The notes: generated by a model not told the origin, from the letters alone. DNA of 64,000 bases from a candidate division FCPU426 bacterium (GCA_040756875.1 JBFLYH010000001.1:704001-768000), one strand, 5' to 3'; positions 19,927 through 30,459 are shown, counted from the first letter of the stretch. Program-made: numbers and translations.

Positions 19927-20653
19927 AAGCCGAAAAACCGCCGCCCGGGCGGTGGCCGGGGCATTGTGTGTCATGTTCGCCGGCGTTTTGACGGCTTCGG
20001 CCCGCACGGAAAAACCGACGGTCGTGGTCGAGGATTTTTTCCGGCTCCTGTCCCAGAAGCAGTACGCCGAGGCGGCCGAATTGCTCAGCTCAGCCGACCT
20101 GCAAAACCTGGAAAGCCTACGCAAAAAAACCGCCAAAGCCGGAAAGCGCACCCAGGCCGTGCCGGACATCGAAACCGTGCTGTCCGATCTTTTCTTCCTC
20201 ATGTTCAGCGACGAAAACAAGAAGATGATGAAGAAGGCCCAGGATGGCGAAACCATCCTTCCGAGGCGGATTCATTTTTTCGTGCCTGGCCAGCATTACA
20301 TTGTCGGCCGTTACGCCGTGGTGTTCACGCGTGAAACCTACGAGCTGGCACCGGAACTGACCGGTCCGGTCCGGGATGATCCCCGCAAACTCTGGATCGA
20401 TCCGACCAACGAACTTTCCAAAGTGCGCGACGAAGCGTACTTCAAACAGTGGTGGGTTTGGGAAGGGGACCGGCTGACCATGCCGGGCGTGGTTTGGCTG
20501 GTCAAGGAAAACCGGATCTGGCGCATCGATTTATTGTCAGGCGTTGTTCCCCGGGAATCTTTCCGGAAAATATTGCGTTGGCATTTCGGCCGCGAAATTC
20601 TCGAAGAAAAGAAGAAAGCGGAAACCCCGCCGGCGGCACGCCCCGCCAAATGA
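19919..20653 (+). CDS. Hypothetical exported protein
   Basis: Signal peptide (..TASA); overlaps the upstream stop. Confidence 0.7.
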   Translation: MNESRKTAARAVAGALCVMFAGVLTASARTEKPTVVVEDFFRLLSQKQYAEAAELLSSADLQNLESLRKKTAKAGKRTQAVPDIETVLSDLFFLMFSDENKKMMKKAQDGETILPRRIHFFVPGQHYIVGRYAVVFTRETYELAPELTGPVRDDPRKLWIDPTNELSKVRDEAYFKQWWVWEGDRLTMPGVVWLVKENRIWRIDLLSGVVPRESFRKILRWHFGREILEEKKKAETPPAARPAK

Positions 20654-20654
20654 T

Positions 20655-21419
20655 TTAAGGCGGTGACCGCGGCAAAGGAACCAGCAGGCGCCCTCCGGAA
20701 GAAGCGAATTCCATCTCGCCGGAAACCACAGTGCTTCCCTTGAGCTTGGGAGAAAGGGCCGGCCCGTCGACAGCCAGGGACAGTGAGGCGGTTTGGCCGG
20801 CCGCGACCGTCAGTTCGGACACGGCGGGTTTAAGCGAACGGGCTTTGCCCGCCTGGCTGATTTCGGCCCGCATCCGCCGCAACAAGATGGGAAAGTCGTT
20901 GGGATTGCCGATGGAAAGCAACACTTCCTGGCGCTCCCGCGTCTTGAGCGTGCGTACTTTGACCAAAGCCACGACCGGCAGTTTCGGGGCGAGCCGGTTG
21001 AAACGCTGTTTGAACGGCAGCGGCGCTTGCTGCCATTGGCTGGCCGAAGTCAACTGACCTGAAACCGTGAATTCTTGCGGTCCGGTTGCGGCAGATGTTT
21101 CGGCCGGCAGGCGCAGTTCAGCCGAAAGGGTCCTTTCTCCGTAGGCAGGCACCATGGGGAGGCGGGTGGTCTGGCTCTGGCGCGAAGTTTTGGCTCCGGC
21201 AGTCAGGGCGATGTCCAGACGGGAAAACAGCAGGGTCATGGGATTCATATTGCGGATTTTTAATTCCACTACGTATGAAGAAGTTTCCGGACTGGCCCAG
21301 TCCAATGACAGTCCGGTCACCTCCACTTGCGGATTTTGCAGGGCGGGATTCAGGCTGGCGCACCCGATCGCCAGAAAACACGGCAGGCAGCATACCAGAC
21401 GTTTCCAACGTCCTAACAT
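20655..21419 (-). CDS. LEA_2/WHy-domain lipoprotein (two domains)
   Basis: Lipobox AIGC; two repeats, L.I.NMNP..L and L.I.NPNDFPI. Confidence 0.75.
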   Translation of the reverse strand: MLGRWKRLVCCLPCFLAIGCASLNPALQNPQVEVTGLSLDWASPETSSYVVELKIRNMNPMTLLFSRLDIALTAGAKTSRQSQTTRLPMVPAYGERTLSAELRLPAETSAATGPQEFTVSGQLTSASQWQQAPLPFKQRFNRLAPKLPVVALVKVRTLKTRERQEVLLSIGNPNDFPILLRRMRAEISQAGKARSLKPAVSELTVAAGQTASLSLAVDGPALSPKLKGSTVVSGEMEFASSGGRLLVPLPRSPP

Positions 21420-21621
21420 GCGTTTTTCTCCTTTTCCTTCCTATTCAATCCGGCCTGCGTTTGCATTCTTGCAGAAAAACGGGGCTTTGGCAACTCCAAA
21501 CCCGGAACACGGCCTCGAAAGACGGCTCTTGATTTAAGGCGGTTTTTGTTTTATAAACAGTTCGGTTCCATTTGTATTTTTATTGCGGGCACAACGAACC
21601 CCGCGGGAAGTCAGGGGTCTA

Positions 21622-22218
21622 ATGGTTGGCAAGGTTCTGCAACAAGGCGATTTAATCGACCGCGCTCGCTTGGGTGACCGCGATGCTTTCGAAGCGCTGG
21701 TCAGGACTCATACGAATTATGTGTATAATTTGGCCTATAGTTTAACCAGCGGCAACCGTTCGGAAACGGACGATCTCACGCAGATGACGTTTATCCGGGC
21801 TTTTCAGGCCATGGCCCGTTTCGAGGGGCGTTCGGAATTTAAAACCTGGCTGCATCGCATTACGGTTAATTTGTGGAAAAACATGGTGCGCAGCCAGAAA
21901 CGCCGTAAATATTTTCAGCATCATTCGATTGACGAGGCGCCGTCTGAGGATTCCTCGAGCAGGCCTTTGGAACTGGTTGAAACCGGCCTGGATCCGGGCG
22001 AACGCTACACGCACCAGGAAACGTCGCGCATTGTCCGGGAGGCGATTCATCAGCTGCCTTCCGACGAAAGGGAAGTTGTGGTTTTACGGGATTTGGAAGG
22101 GTATGCCTATGAGGAAATCGCCCGTCTGTGCCGTATTCCGCTGGGTACGGTTAAATCGCGGTTGGCGCGGGCTCGCCGCCTGTTGCGCACCGCCCTGGAT
22201 CCCGTGCTGAGGAGCTGA
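21622..22218 (+). CDS. ECF sigma factor (RpoE/SigW-like)
   Basis: GDRDAFEALV, DDLTQMTFIRAF, F.TWL.RI..N, YEEIA....IPLGTVKSRL.RAR. Confidence 0.95.
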   Translation: MVGKVLQQGDLIDRARLGDRDAFEALVRTHTNYVYNLAYSLTSGNRSETDDLTQMTFIRAFQAMARFEGRSEFKTWLHRITVNLWKNMVRSQKRRKYFQHHSIDEAPSEDSSSRPLELVETGLDPGERYTHQETSRIVREAIHQLPSDEREVVVLRDLEGYAYEEIARLCRIPLGTVKSRLARARRLLRTALDPVLRS

Positions 22219-22219
22219 A

Positions 22220-23221
22220 ATGGATTGCCGCGAGTGTTATGAACTGCTGCCTTTGTACGTTGACCACAATCTTTCCGCGTCGGAAATAAGCGAAATCAAG
22301 GCGCATTTGGAGCTCTGCCAGCCTTGCAGCCAAGAGTTCGCCAAACTCGAAGCGACGGTCAACATGGTTTGCGGGCTCTCCTGCGTGGAAGCGCCATCGG
22401 ATTTCCACCAGCGTTTCATGGCCCGCTTCAACCGGGAGTGCAAACCCTCACGCAGCTGGAACATGTGGGGAACCATGGCGTTGAGCACGGCGGCCGCTGC
22501 CATGGTGCTGCTGATGGTGGTGGTTTTCTACAACCCGCTGCCACCCATTACCGTGGCAAGCCGTGATTCCCATCTCGCGAAACCTAAAGCAACCAGCCCC
22601 ACCCAGGCCCCGGAGCCCGAATTGGCGGCCGCCAAGATGGACGCGCAACCGCAAAACGCCGAGCAGGCCGCCAGATCCTCAAACGAGGACAGCCGGGCGG
22701 CGCTCGAGGAGGCGCTCTCGCTCCCTGCTCCGGCTGCACCGCGGGAGGCGGCCCGACGGTCCGCCGGCCTGAGCCCATTGATCACAGCCGTTGATTTTCC
22801 TGGAGGCGGAGCCCTCGCCAGCCGTAAGCGCGAAGCCGCTCCTGCCGCCGACCAGGCCGCGCCCTTGGTGCGGTGGTCCGGGGAATGGAGCGGTGACACC
22901 AGCTTGGTCCAGGAACCTGTCAACAAAGTGCTGCGCTCCTCGGAAGCGCTGCAGGAATTATGGAAAACGGCAGGCCTGAAATCCCTGGCCATGCCCGAAG
23001 TCGACTGGCGGCGGGAGATGATTGGCGCCATCTTCCTGGGCCAACAACCGACCGGCGGCTATGAGATCCAACTCAAGGAACTCCAGCGCAATCCAAACGC
23101 CCTGGAGGTCAAATACGCCGTACGCTCTCCGCAGGACGCGGCGGCAGGTCGTCCGACCAGCCCTTTCTTGATTTTCCGTTTGCCGGCCACCCCTGCGCCG
23201 GTGCAGTTCACCGAAGAGTAA
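22220..23221 (+). CDS. Zinc-finger anti-sigma factor with a C-terminal PrcB-like extracytoplasmic domain
   Basis: ZAS motif HLELCQPC, one TM helix, C-terminal PEVDW.....AIFLGQQPTGGY.I...TSPF. Confidence 0.85.
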   Translation: MDCRECYELLPLYVDHNLSASEISEIKAHLELCQPCSQEFAKLEATVNMVCGLSCVEAPSDFHQRFMARFNRECKPSRSWNMWGTMALSTAAAAMVLLMVVVFYNPLPPITVASRDSHLAKPKATSPTQAPEPELAAAKMDAQPQNAEQAARSSNEDSRAALEEALSLPAPAAPREAARRSAGLSPLITAVDFPGGGALASRKREAAPAADQAAPLVRWSGEWSGDTSLVQEPVNKVLRSSEALQELWKTAGLKSLAMPEVDWRREMIGAIFLGQQPTGGYEIQLKELQRNPNALEVKYAVRSPQDAAAGRPTSPFLIFRLPATPAPVQFTEE

Positions 23222-23240
23222 TCACCCCAAGGAGCACATC

Positions 23241-24345
23241 GTGGCCAACGCAGAATTGACTCAACTATCCTCTCGACTCGAGAAAATGCGGGGGTATCTT
23301 TGACATCGCGGGCAAACAAGCCGCGATCCGCAAGTTGGAAGAGGACCTTTCCCAGCCCAACGTTTGGAATGACCGCCATCAAGCCAAAACCTTGAATGCA
23401 GAGCTTTCCCGCCTCCGCAAGGACCTGCAGGCTTTCGAGGGCCTGACCCGGCAGCTCGTTGACCTGCAAACCGCCGAGGAATTATTGGCCGAAACCAAAG
23501 ACCCTGACCTGGAATTGCAGCGGGACCTGGAACAGGGATTGGGCCGACTCCGCCAGACCCTCGAGGATTATGAACTGCGGTTCCTGCTGGCCGGGCCGAA
23601 CGACCGCGACGACGCCATCGTCTCCATCCATCCCGGCGCAGGCGGCACGGAGTCCCAGGATTGGGCCCAGATGCTGTACCGCATGTACACGCGCTGGGCC
23701 GACCGGAAAGGGTACCAGGTTTCCTTGCTGGATTACCTGCCGGGGGAAGAGGCGGGCATCAAGTCCGTGACCTTCGAGGTGCGCGGCGATTACGCTTTCG
23801 GCTATCTGCGGGCGGAAAAGGGCGTCCACCGGCTCGTGCGCATCTCGCCTTTCGACGCCAACAAGCGCCGCCACACGTCCTTTGCCTCGCTGGACGTCAT
23901 TCCGGACATCGAGGACGAGGTCGAGATCGAAGTCAGGGACGAGGATGTGCGGATCGACGTGTTCCGGTCGTCCGGAGCGGGCGGCCAGCACGTCAACAAA
24001 ACCGAATCCGCGGTGCGCATCACCCATTTGCCCACCGGCATTGTCGTCCAGTGCCAGGAGGACCGGTCCCAAATAAAGAACCGGGCCAACGCCATGAAAG
24101 TGCTGAAAGCCCGGCTGTACATGCGCGCGCAAGAGGAAAAGGCCGAAAAAACCAAACAGTTGTACGGAGAAAAGAAGGAAATAGCTTTTGGCAGCCAGAT
24201 CCGCTCCTATGTCTTCCAACCGTACAGCCTGATCAAGGATCACCGCACCAACCACGAAGTCGGCGATGTTCAGCGCGTCATGGACGGGGATCTCGATCCG
24301 TTCATCGAGGCGTTTTTACGGCAGTCTCAAACTGTCGGCGCCTGA
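23241..24345 (+). CDS. prfB: Peptide chain release factor 2, with programmed +1 frameshift at 23298-23304
   Basis: GTG 23241 after AGGAG gives 20 codons ending GGG TAT CTT TGA C. The +1 frame continues into GAGGTESQDW, SPF and GGQ motifs. Confidence 0.97.
23290..23304 (+). other. prfB frameshift cassette (internal SD-like GGGGG plus CTT TGA C)
   Basis: The sequence GGGGGTATCTTTGAC matches the canonical RF2 shift site. Confidence 0.95.
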
Positions 24346-25166
24346 TGTCCCGCGCGTTCGCCGGCGGTTTGCTCCTGCTTTCGGCCCTCCTGGCCCTGTG
24401 GCCTGTCCCGGCCGAAGGCTATGCGTTTTCCCGCCTGCTGGTTTACGATGTTCGCGGACGCGACCAGGAAGAAACCGCGCTGGTTTTGGAACAGCGCGGG
24501 GAAGAGGTCACGGTCTGGTTCAAGAACTATCTTGGCCGGCGAACCGGCCCGGTTCCCCTGGCGGAATACCAGTCCTGTTTTGAAACCCTCCGCACGATCC
24601 GCGAATTCGCCCTCAAGCCCGAATACCGGGGAAAGCCCCTGCGCGCCACCGCGGCCCATGGCCTGATCACCCTGGCGTGGCAGGACGAAAAAGGGAAGCA
24701 AATCCAATCCATCCGCTACTATGCGCCCGAACACACCCTGGATGATTTTCGCGCCGCCTTCAACCGCATCTGGGCCCTTTCCCGTTACGCCATCCTTTCG
24801 ATCGGATCGCTGGAAAGCCCCCGCTCGGAATACGTAGAGGAAGGCGTTTATTTTCTCTCCGGTTCCGGCTGGATGACCGTGGCCGAGATCCAGGACGTCG
24901 TCGAGTTCTACCGCACCAGCGGGCAAGGCGAACGCATGGCCCGCGCGGTCTGGCGTTCGCTGGATTTGAGCTATGCCAGCGCCGGCGCGTTCGCCCGGCG
25001 CAATTTTCTGGAATACTGCGTCGAAAAAAGCATGCTGCGCCTGGGCGACAGCGCCCGCAATTTTCTGGCCGGACGAGAGCAAAGTCCCCGGACCCGCAAA
25101 GGCCGCCTGGCCGAAAAAATCCAAAGTGCCTTGAAGGCCGACCCGCCACCAGCCAATAACCCGTAG
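24345..25166 (+). CDS. Hypothetical exported protein
   Basis: TGATG overlap with the prfB stop; signal peptide MSRAFAGGLLLLSALLALWPVPAEG. Confidence 0.75.
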   Translation: MSRAFAGGLLLLSALLALWPVPAEGYAFSRLLVYDVRGRDQEETALVLEQRGEEVTVWFKNYLGRRTGPVPLAEYQSCFETLRTIREFALKPEYRGKPLRATAAHGLITLAWQDEKGKQIQSIRYYAPEHTLDDFRAAFNRIWALSRYAILSIGSLESPRSEYVEEGVYFLSGSGWMTVAEIQDVVEFYRTSGQGERMARAVWRSLDLSYASAGAFARRNFLEYCVEKSMLRLGDSARNFLAGREQSPRTRKGRLAEKIQSALKADPPPANNP

Positions 25167-25230
25167 CGAAACCCGGCGAATCATTCTATAATGGACGCTG
25201 TCGTCCCCGACCATCATCCCCGCAAGGAGA

Positions 25231-26178
25231 GTGTCAATGACATCGCGTCATCGCGATCTGCTTTTACTGGCCGGAGGACTGGCCGGTTTTGGAATCCTGA
25301 TGCTGTTGGCCCTGCTCAGCCTGGCCAGGATGTCCGGCGGCTACGTCGGCTTGGTCCAAATCGAAGGGGTGCTGCTTGAAGACCGGACTGCGGTCAAACA
25401 GCTGCACCGCCTCCGGGATCACCCCCGGGTCAAGGCTGTGGTCATTCATCTCAACACCCCGGGCGGCACACTGGCCTCGGCCCAGTCCATTGCCGAGGAA
25501 ATCTCGAAACTCCGCCGCTCGGGAATCCCCGTGGTCGCCTCCATGGCGGAGATTTGCGCTTCGGCCGGCTACTTCATCAGCTGTGCGGCTGACCGCAGTT
25601 TAGCGGCGCCCGGCTCCATCACAGGTTCCATCGGAGCGATTTTGCGCTATCCCGAAGCCGGAGAGCTGATGCGCAAGATCGGCGTGCGCATGGAGGTGGT
25701 GAAGAGCGGAGACTACAAGGACATGGGCGATTTTTCCCGGCCTCTGACTGCATCCGAAAAACGCCTGCTGCAGGACATGCTGGACGATTTGCACGCCCAA
25801 TTCGTGGATATGGTGCTGAACGCACGCGGCGACAAGCTGGCCGCCGCCTTGGCTAAAAAAAGAGGCGTGCAGCTTACGGATCTGGCGCCCGAGGAAGTCA
25901 AAGCCGAACTCCTGGGCCTGGCAGACGGGCGGGTTTTTTCGGGACGGCAGGCGCAGGCCTTGGGCCTGGTGGATCAACTGGGAAACCTTGATGACGCCGT
26001 GGAAACGGCGGCCCGTCTGGCCGGCCTCCGCGGCAAACCCCGTGTCTGGAGGGAAAAACCTCCTTCGCTCTGGCAGCAATGGTTGCAGGCTTCCCCCTGG
26101 TCCGGCGGCAGCCGCTCAACGGACTGGCGGCTGGACGCAATCAAAGCCTGGCTGCGGCAATGGCTACAGGCGCTGTGA
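25231..26178 (+). CDS. sppA: Signal peptide peptidase SppA (36K type, S49)
   Basis: NTPGG, PVVASM..ICASAGY, SITGSIG, KSGDYKD, ADGRVFSG.QA..LGLVD.LG. Confidence 0.93.
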   Translation: MSMTSRHRDLLLLAGGLAGFGILMLLALLSLARMSGGYVGLVQIEGVLLEDRTAVKQLHRLRDHPRVKAVVIHLNTPGGTLASAQSIAEEISKLRRSGIPVVASMAEICASAGYFISCAADRSLAAPGSITGSIGAILRYPEAGELMRKIGVRMEVVKSGDYKDMGDFSRPLTASEKRLLQDMLDDLHAQFVDMVLNARGDKLAAALAKKRGVQLTDLAPEEVKAELLGLADGRVFSGRQAQALGLVDQLGNLDDAVETAARLAGLRGKPRVWREKPPSLWQQWLQASPWSGGSRSTDWRLDAIKAWLRQWLQAL

Positions 26179-29084
26179 AATTCAGAAGACGCTTGACGGC
26201 CGCACGGATCGCCTGCGTTCTGGGAACGGCCGTGCTCCTCATTTTGCCGGCCCCGGCCGGCGTTTGGGGATTCGGCAAAAACAAGACCCAAACCCGCGAC
26301 CTGGAATGGCGGGTTTTCGAGACGGCGCATTTTGAAATTCACTACTATCCCGAAGAAGAGGCCTTGGCCCGGGAAGTGTGCCGATATGCGGAGGAAGCCT
26401 ACCAGCACGACACCCGTCTGCTAAGGGAGCGGCCGGCCGAAAAGACCCCGCTCTTCCTCTACCGCAACCAGGTTGATTTCCAACAGACGAACATCCTCCC
26501 GTCCGTCATCGGCGTGGGCACCGGCGGTTTTACCGAGGCCTACAAGAATCGCGTCGCCCTGCCGGCCCCGGATTCGCCCGTGTCCCTCCGCCAGGTCATT
26601 TTCCACGAGTTCACGCACGTACTGCAGTTTAACATTCTCTACGGCGAAGGCATGCGCTCCTTCCGCGTCTACAAAGGATATCTCATCCCGTTGTGGGTGA
26701 TCGAAGGCCTGGCGGAATACGCCGCGCAGGATTGGAACGCCGAGGCGGAAATGGTCATGCGGGACGCCGTGCTGAACGACCGGTTGCAGCCCCTGCCGCT
26801 TTTGGAGGGATTCAGCCACCTGGAAGACGTGTATTTAGCCTACAAACAAGCCCAGTTGACGATGGAATACATTGCCGAACGTTACGGCGAAGAAAAGCTG
26901 GCCTCCCTGTTCAAACGGTTTAAAAGCCAGATCTCGCTTTCTCAAATTTTGCGCGAAACCCTTGGGCTTGGCCTGCAGGAGTTGAACGAGGAATTCTTCT
27001 ACTGGGTGCGGCAGCGCTACTGGCGGCGCACGGCAAACCTGCAGTGGCCCTCTGCCTACGGCAATCCCATGGAACCGGCGCAACCCGGGCGCCCGCACGT
27101 ATCGGTGGGCGCGGCGTATTCTCCGGACGGGCGCTATCTGGCGTACGTGTCGAACAAGGACCAGAACTGGCGGATCTATCTGAAAACCAGGAATCAGGGA
27201 TATCCCGCGCGACCCATCACCTCGCAATTATTCGAAACCTTTGGGTTGCGCGGCCGGCCCCTCACCTGGTCGCCGGACAGCCGCCGTCTGGCTTTCGCAG
27301 CCCAAACCGAAGGGAAGACACAATTATATTTTCTCGATGTCGCCAGCCGCCGTCTGGAGGCGCACGACCTCCCGGCGGATTATTTTTTCTCGCCGGCCTG
27401 GTCCCCGCAAGGCGACCGGCTGGCCGTCATCGGCGTGCGCAACGGGGTAAGCGACGTGTATGTATGGAATCCATCCTCGGGCGAATTCACGCCGGTTACC
27501 CGCGACCGCGAAGCCAATAACTCGCCGGTCTGGTCTCCAGATGGCACCCAACTGGTATTCACCTCCGAGCAGGGGGAACACTGGCAGATCCTGCAGGTGG
27601 CCGCCGGCCAGCCGGAAGCCGAACCCCAGCCACTGACCCGCGGGTCATGCAACCATATGACGCCCGTATTTTCCACGGACGGGAAGCAGCTTTATTTCGC
27701 CTCGGATCTTTCGGGTGAGTTCAACCTCTACCGCATGGACATGGCCACCCGGGCATGGACCCAGCTGACGTCCGTGCCCACCGCGGCCTTGCAGCCCGCC
27801 CCGGCTCCGGAAGGGCAAAAACTGGCGTTTGCCCTGTACGCCAAGGGGTCAGAGGACATCTGGCTCATGCCGGACAATCCGCCGTCAGCGCACGAAGTGA
27901 ATCCAGATCAAGCCAAGCCCACGGTGGTGGCTGCGGCGCCTCCGGCCCCCCTGTACGAACCTGAACCGACCGAGGAAGAGGAGCCTGAGGAATCCGAGCC
28001 CCAGCCGGCTGAAACCCCGGCCCCCGACTCCGCCCCCTTGATCCAGGATTCGCACGCCTACCATTTTCGCTTCAGCCCGGATCTGCTTTTTCTGCTCGCC
28101 GGCTATGACAGCTCCCAAGGGCTGATCGGCGGCGGCTACCTCACAGCCAGCGATTACCTGGGCAACCACAATGTCAGCCTGATCAGCGACTTCGTTCCCG
28201 GTTACCAGACCCGGACCCAGCTGACCTATGCCAATCTCACCTATCCGGTGGATATCCTGCTTTCCGCCAGTTACCGTAAAAATTACTACCGCCTCCTGGA
28301 CCTGGAAACCAACACCCTGACCGACGAATTCAACGACGAGGAAATCGGCGGTGCCCTGGGGTTGCAGCGTCCGTTTTCCCTCTACGACCGTGTGGAAATG
28401 CAGTTCGTTGTGCGCAATCTGCGGCGCGTTCAGGACGAATCAGTGCTCGACCGGCGGGTGACGAGCCTGAGTCTCTCCCTCGTTCATGACAGCACGGTCT
28501 GGTATGATTTCGATCCCACCAACGGGTCCCGTCGCAGCCTTTCCGTGGTATGGGCGGACCGTCTGCTGGGAGGCATGGAAAACTACTCCCTGCTGCAAGC
28601 CAATGCCCAGGTTTTTAAAAGCCTGGATTTTCTCAGCCCCTATCTGGTGGGCAGCGTGCGTTTGCTGGCCGCGGCCAGCCTGGGACCCGAGCATCCGGTT
28701 TTTCTTTTTGGCGGGATCGGTCTGCTGCCTGAATCGGTGACCATCCGCGGCTACCGCTACGGTGAACTCCTGGGCAGCCAGATCGGCACGCTCAACTTCG
28801 AGTTGCGGTTTCCCCTGGCCCGTAACATCAATTACACGCTCTGGCCACTCGACTTTTTACTGCTGAAGACTTTTCAAATGGTGATTTTCGACGACCTGGG
28901 GGTGGTCACGAACGACATTGCCCGTTATACTTCCTCAGACCTGAGGAATTCCGCGGGCGTCGGATTGCGCTTGCACACTTTTTTGCTCGGCAAAGAGCTG
29001 CTCACCATCCGGTTTGACTATTCCCAGCGCACTGACCGTCCGGGAGATGCTGTTTATGTCTGGGGAATAGGGCAATCATTTTAA
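26175..29084 (+). CDS. Omp85/BamA-superfamily outer-membrane protein with an N-terminal MA-clan peptidase and PD40 (TolB-like) propeller
   Basis: GTGA overlap start, signal peptide, HEFTH...WVIEGLAEY, repeated P.WSPDG..L, barrel motifs IRGY and ELRFP, C-terminal IGQSF. Confidence 0.85.
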   Translation: MKFRRRLTAARIACVLGTAVLLILPAPAGVWGFGKNKTQTRDLEWRVFETAHFEIHYYPEEEALAREVCRYAEEAYQHDTRLLRERPAEKTPLFLYRNQVDFQQTNILPSVIGVGTGGFTEAYKNRVALPAPDSPVSLRQVIFHEFTHVLQFNILYGEGMRSFRVYKGYLIPLWVIEGLAEYAAQDWNAEAEMVMRDAVLNDRLQPLPLLEGFSHLEDVYLAYKQAQLTMEYIAERYGEEKLASLFKRFKSQISLSQILRETLGLGLQELNEEFFYWVRQRYWRRTANLQWPSAYGNPMEPAQPGRPHVSVGAAYSPDGRYLAYVSNKDQNWRIYLKTRNQGYPARPITSQLFETFGLRGRPLTWSPDSRRLAFAAQTEGKTQLYFLDVASRRLEAHDLPADYFFSPAWSPQGDRLAVIGVRNGVSDVYVWNPSSGEFTPVTRDREANNSPVWSPDGTQLVFTSEQGEHWQILQVAAGQPEAEPQPLTRGSCNHMTPVFSTDGKQLYFASDLSGEFNLYRMDMATRAWTQLTSVPTAALQPAPAPEGQKLAFALYAKGSEDIWLMPDNPPSAHEVNPDQAKPTVVAAAPPAPLYEPEPTEEEEPEESEPQPAETPAPDSAPLIQDSHAYHFRFSPDLLFLLAGYDSSQGLIGGGYLTASDYLGNHNVSLISDFVPGYQTRTQLTYANLTYPVDILLSASYRKNYYRLLDLETNTLTDEFNDEEIGGALGLQRPFSLYDRVEMQFVVRNLRRVQDESVLDRRVTSLSLSLVHDSTVWYDFDPTNGSRRSLSVVWADRLLGGMENYSLLQANAQVFKSLDFLSPYLVGSVRLLAAASLGPEHPVFLFGGIGLLPESVTIRGYRYGELLGSQIGTLNFELRFPLARNINYTLWPLDFLLLKTFQMVIFDDLGVVTNDIARYTSSDLRNSAGVGLRLHTFLLGKELLTIRFDYSQRTDRPGDAVYVWGIGQSF

Positions 29085-29192
29085 GAAACATTCCAAATCT
29101 TCCGATTAATTATTTATCCAGGATCATCCCCCAATAAGCATTAATTTGCATGAAATACTCGGGCACAGTGGCTGTGTTTTTCCATAGTTTGC

Positions 29193-29221
29193 TTGATACG
29201 GGTTTTAAGTAGTGGTATATT
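29193..29221 (+). promoter_or_regulatory. Putative sigma70 promoter for the 29266-39768 operon
   Basis: TTGATA, 17 bp, TATATT with extended -10 TG, in an AT-rich intergenic region. Confidence 0.6.
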
Positions 29222-29265
29222 GGAGGAAGTTTTTAGGGAAATGATTTGTCAAATAACCTGCAAAA

Positions 29266-30459
29266 ATGGTACTCATGCAGCCATCCTATTTAAAAACATT
29301 GCTGCTTTTGACCGGGTTCCTCGGGTTATTCTCATGGGCCCAAGGAACCACTTGGTTTGAATTATCCGGAAAAATGGCCAGTGACAATAACATCTATTCC
29401 TACGTCATTCCTTATGCGGACAATTACGCGCAAATCGACTTCAGGGCCAACCACAAGGATAAAATCACCCGCAGCACCCATTATGCTCTGAACTACAGCC
29501 TCAGCACCGCTATGTACGATGAGTATAAAATGAAAAATTATCTCAACAACATTCTGGGCGGAAGCCTCGAGGAGGATCTCAGCGACAGTCTGGTGGCTTT
29601 GTTCAACGCGAATGTCAACCATTTCGATTATAACGACAGCGTCAATTCCAAATATGATTACCTGATGCTCACCACCCAGGCGGCCCTGCGGTTTTACATT
29701 TTCGCCTTCGATTTCACCAGCGTGGATTGGGGTTTAGAGTACAGCATGTACAATCTTCCGAATTACAATTTCGAGAAGGAAGGGTGGACACCCAGCCTGT
29801 CATTTCTGGAGGAAGTGGCCGAATACAACGGGTTCGGGAGCTATCTGACGATCAAGCAGGCCCTGCCGTATACCCTGGATCTGGAACTGACCGGCAAAAT
29901 CAGCTTCCAGCATTGCCCGGAACGCCCGCTCTTCGCCAGCGCCACGCAGAACGATTTTTCCAGCGAATACCGCCAGGATTTGGAGACCACGCTGCTGGTC
30001 AAACTGACCAAACGCGTGACGGCGAATTCATTCTTCAGCCTGGCCACGTGCTTCAACGAGCTTCAGTCCAACGCCAACGCCCAGGTCTATGACACGTCAT
30101 TGGGCGGCGTCATTCTGCAGGAGGAGTATTACCGCCGTTCCAAGCTGAACGTGATTTTAGACAGCATGATCTGCTTCGGGCCGGAAAACAGTTTCTTCAG
30201 AATCTACGCCACCTACCGCCAACTGACCTACAGCAACCGCAAAGCTCAGGACGCCGGCGGCAATCTGCTGCCGGAAACGCGCGCGGACAACGAATACAGC
30301 GCGCTGGTTGAATTCAACCAGCGCCTGGGCTATTTGTGGAAGTTCAACTGCCTGCTCAAACTCGGATACCAGTATACGCAAAACCTGACCAACGACTACC
30401 TCTACAACTACAAGCGCGACGCCGTTTATCTGGGGCTTACGTCGTATTTGTATTTATGA
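29266..30459 (+). CDS. Probable outer-membrane beta-barrel protein
   Basis: Signal peptide, Tyr/Asn-rich alternating strands, aromatic C-terminus (VYLGLTSYLYL). Confidence 0.65.
   Translation: MVLMQPSYLKTLLLLTGFLGLFSWAQGTTWFELSGKMASDNNIYSYVIPYADNYAQIDFRANHKDKITRSTHYALNYSLSTAMYDEYKMKNYLNNILGGSLEEDLSDSLVALFNANVNHFDYNDSVNSKYDYLMLTTQAALRFYIFAFDFTSVDWGLEYSMYNLPNYNFEKEGWTPSLSFLEEVAEYNGFGSYLTIKQALPYTLDLELTGKISFQHCPERPLFASATQNDFSSEYRQDLETTLLVKLTKRVTANSFFSLATCFNELQSNANAQVYDTSLGGVILQEEYYRRSKLNVILDSMICFGPENSFFRIYATYRQLTYSNRKAQDAGGNLLPETRADNEYSALVEFNQRLGYLWKFNCLLKLGYQYTQNLTNDYLYNYKRDAVYLGLTSYLYL

Noticed and set aside
23661-24344. N-terminal extension of the 501-aa ORF 23661-25166 (similarly 12733, 18070, 26079, 30336, 46871)
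   Set aside because: The extensions overlap real upstream genes; coupled downstream starts, most with signal peptides, are more plausible.
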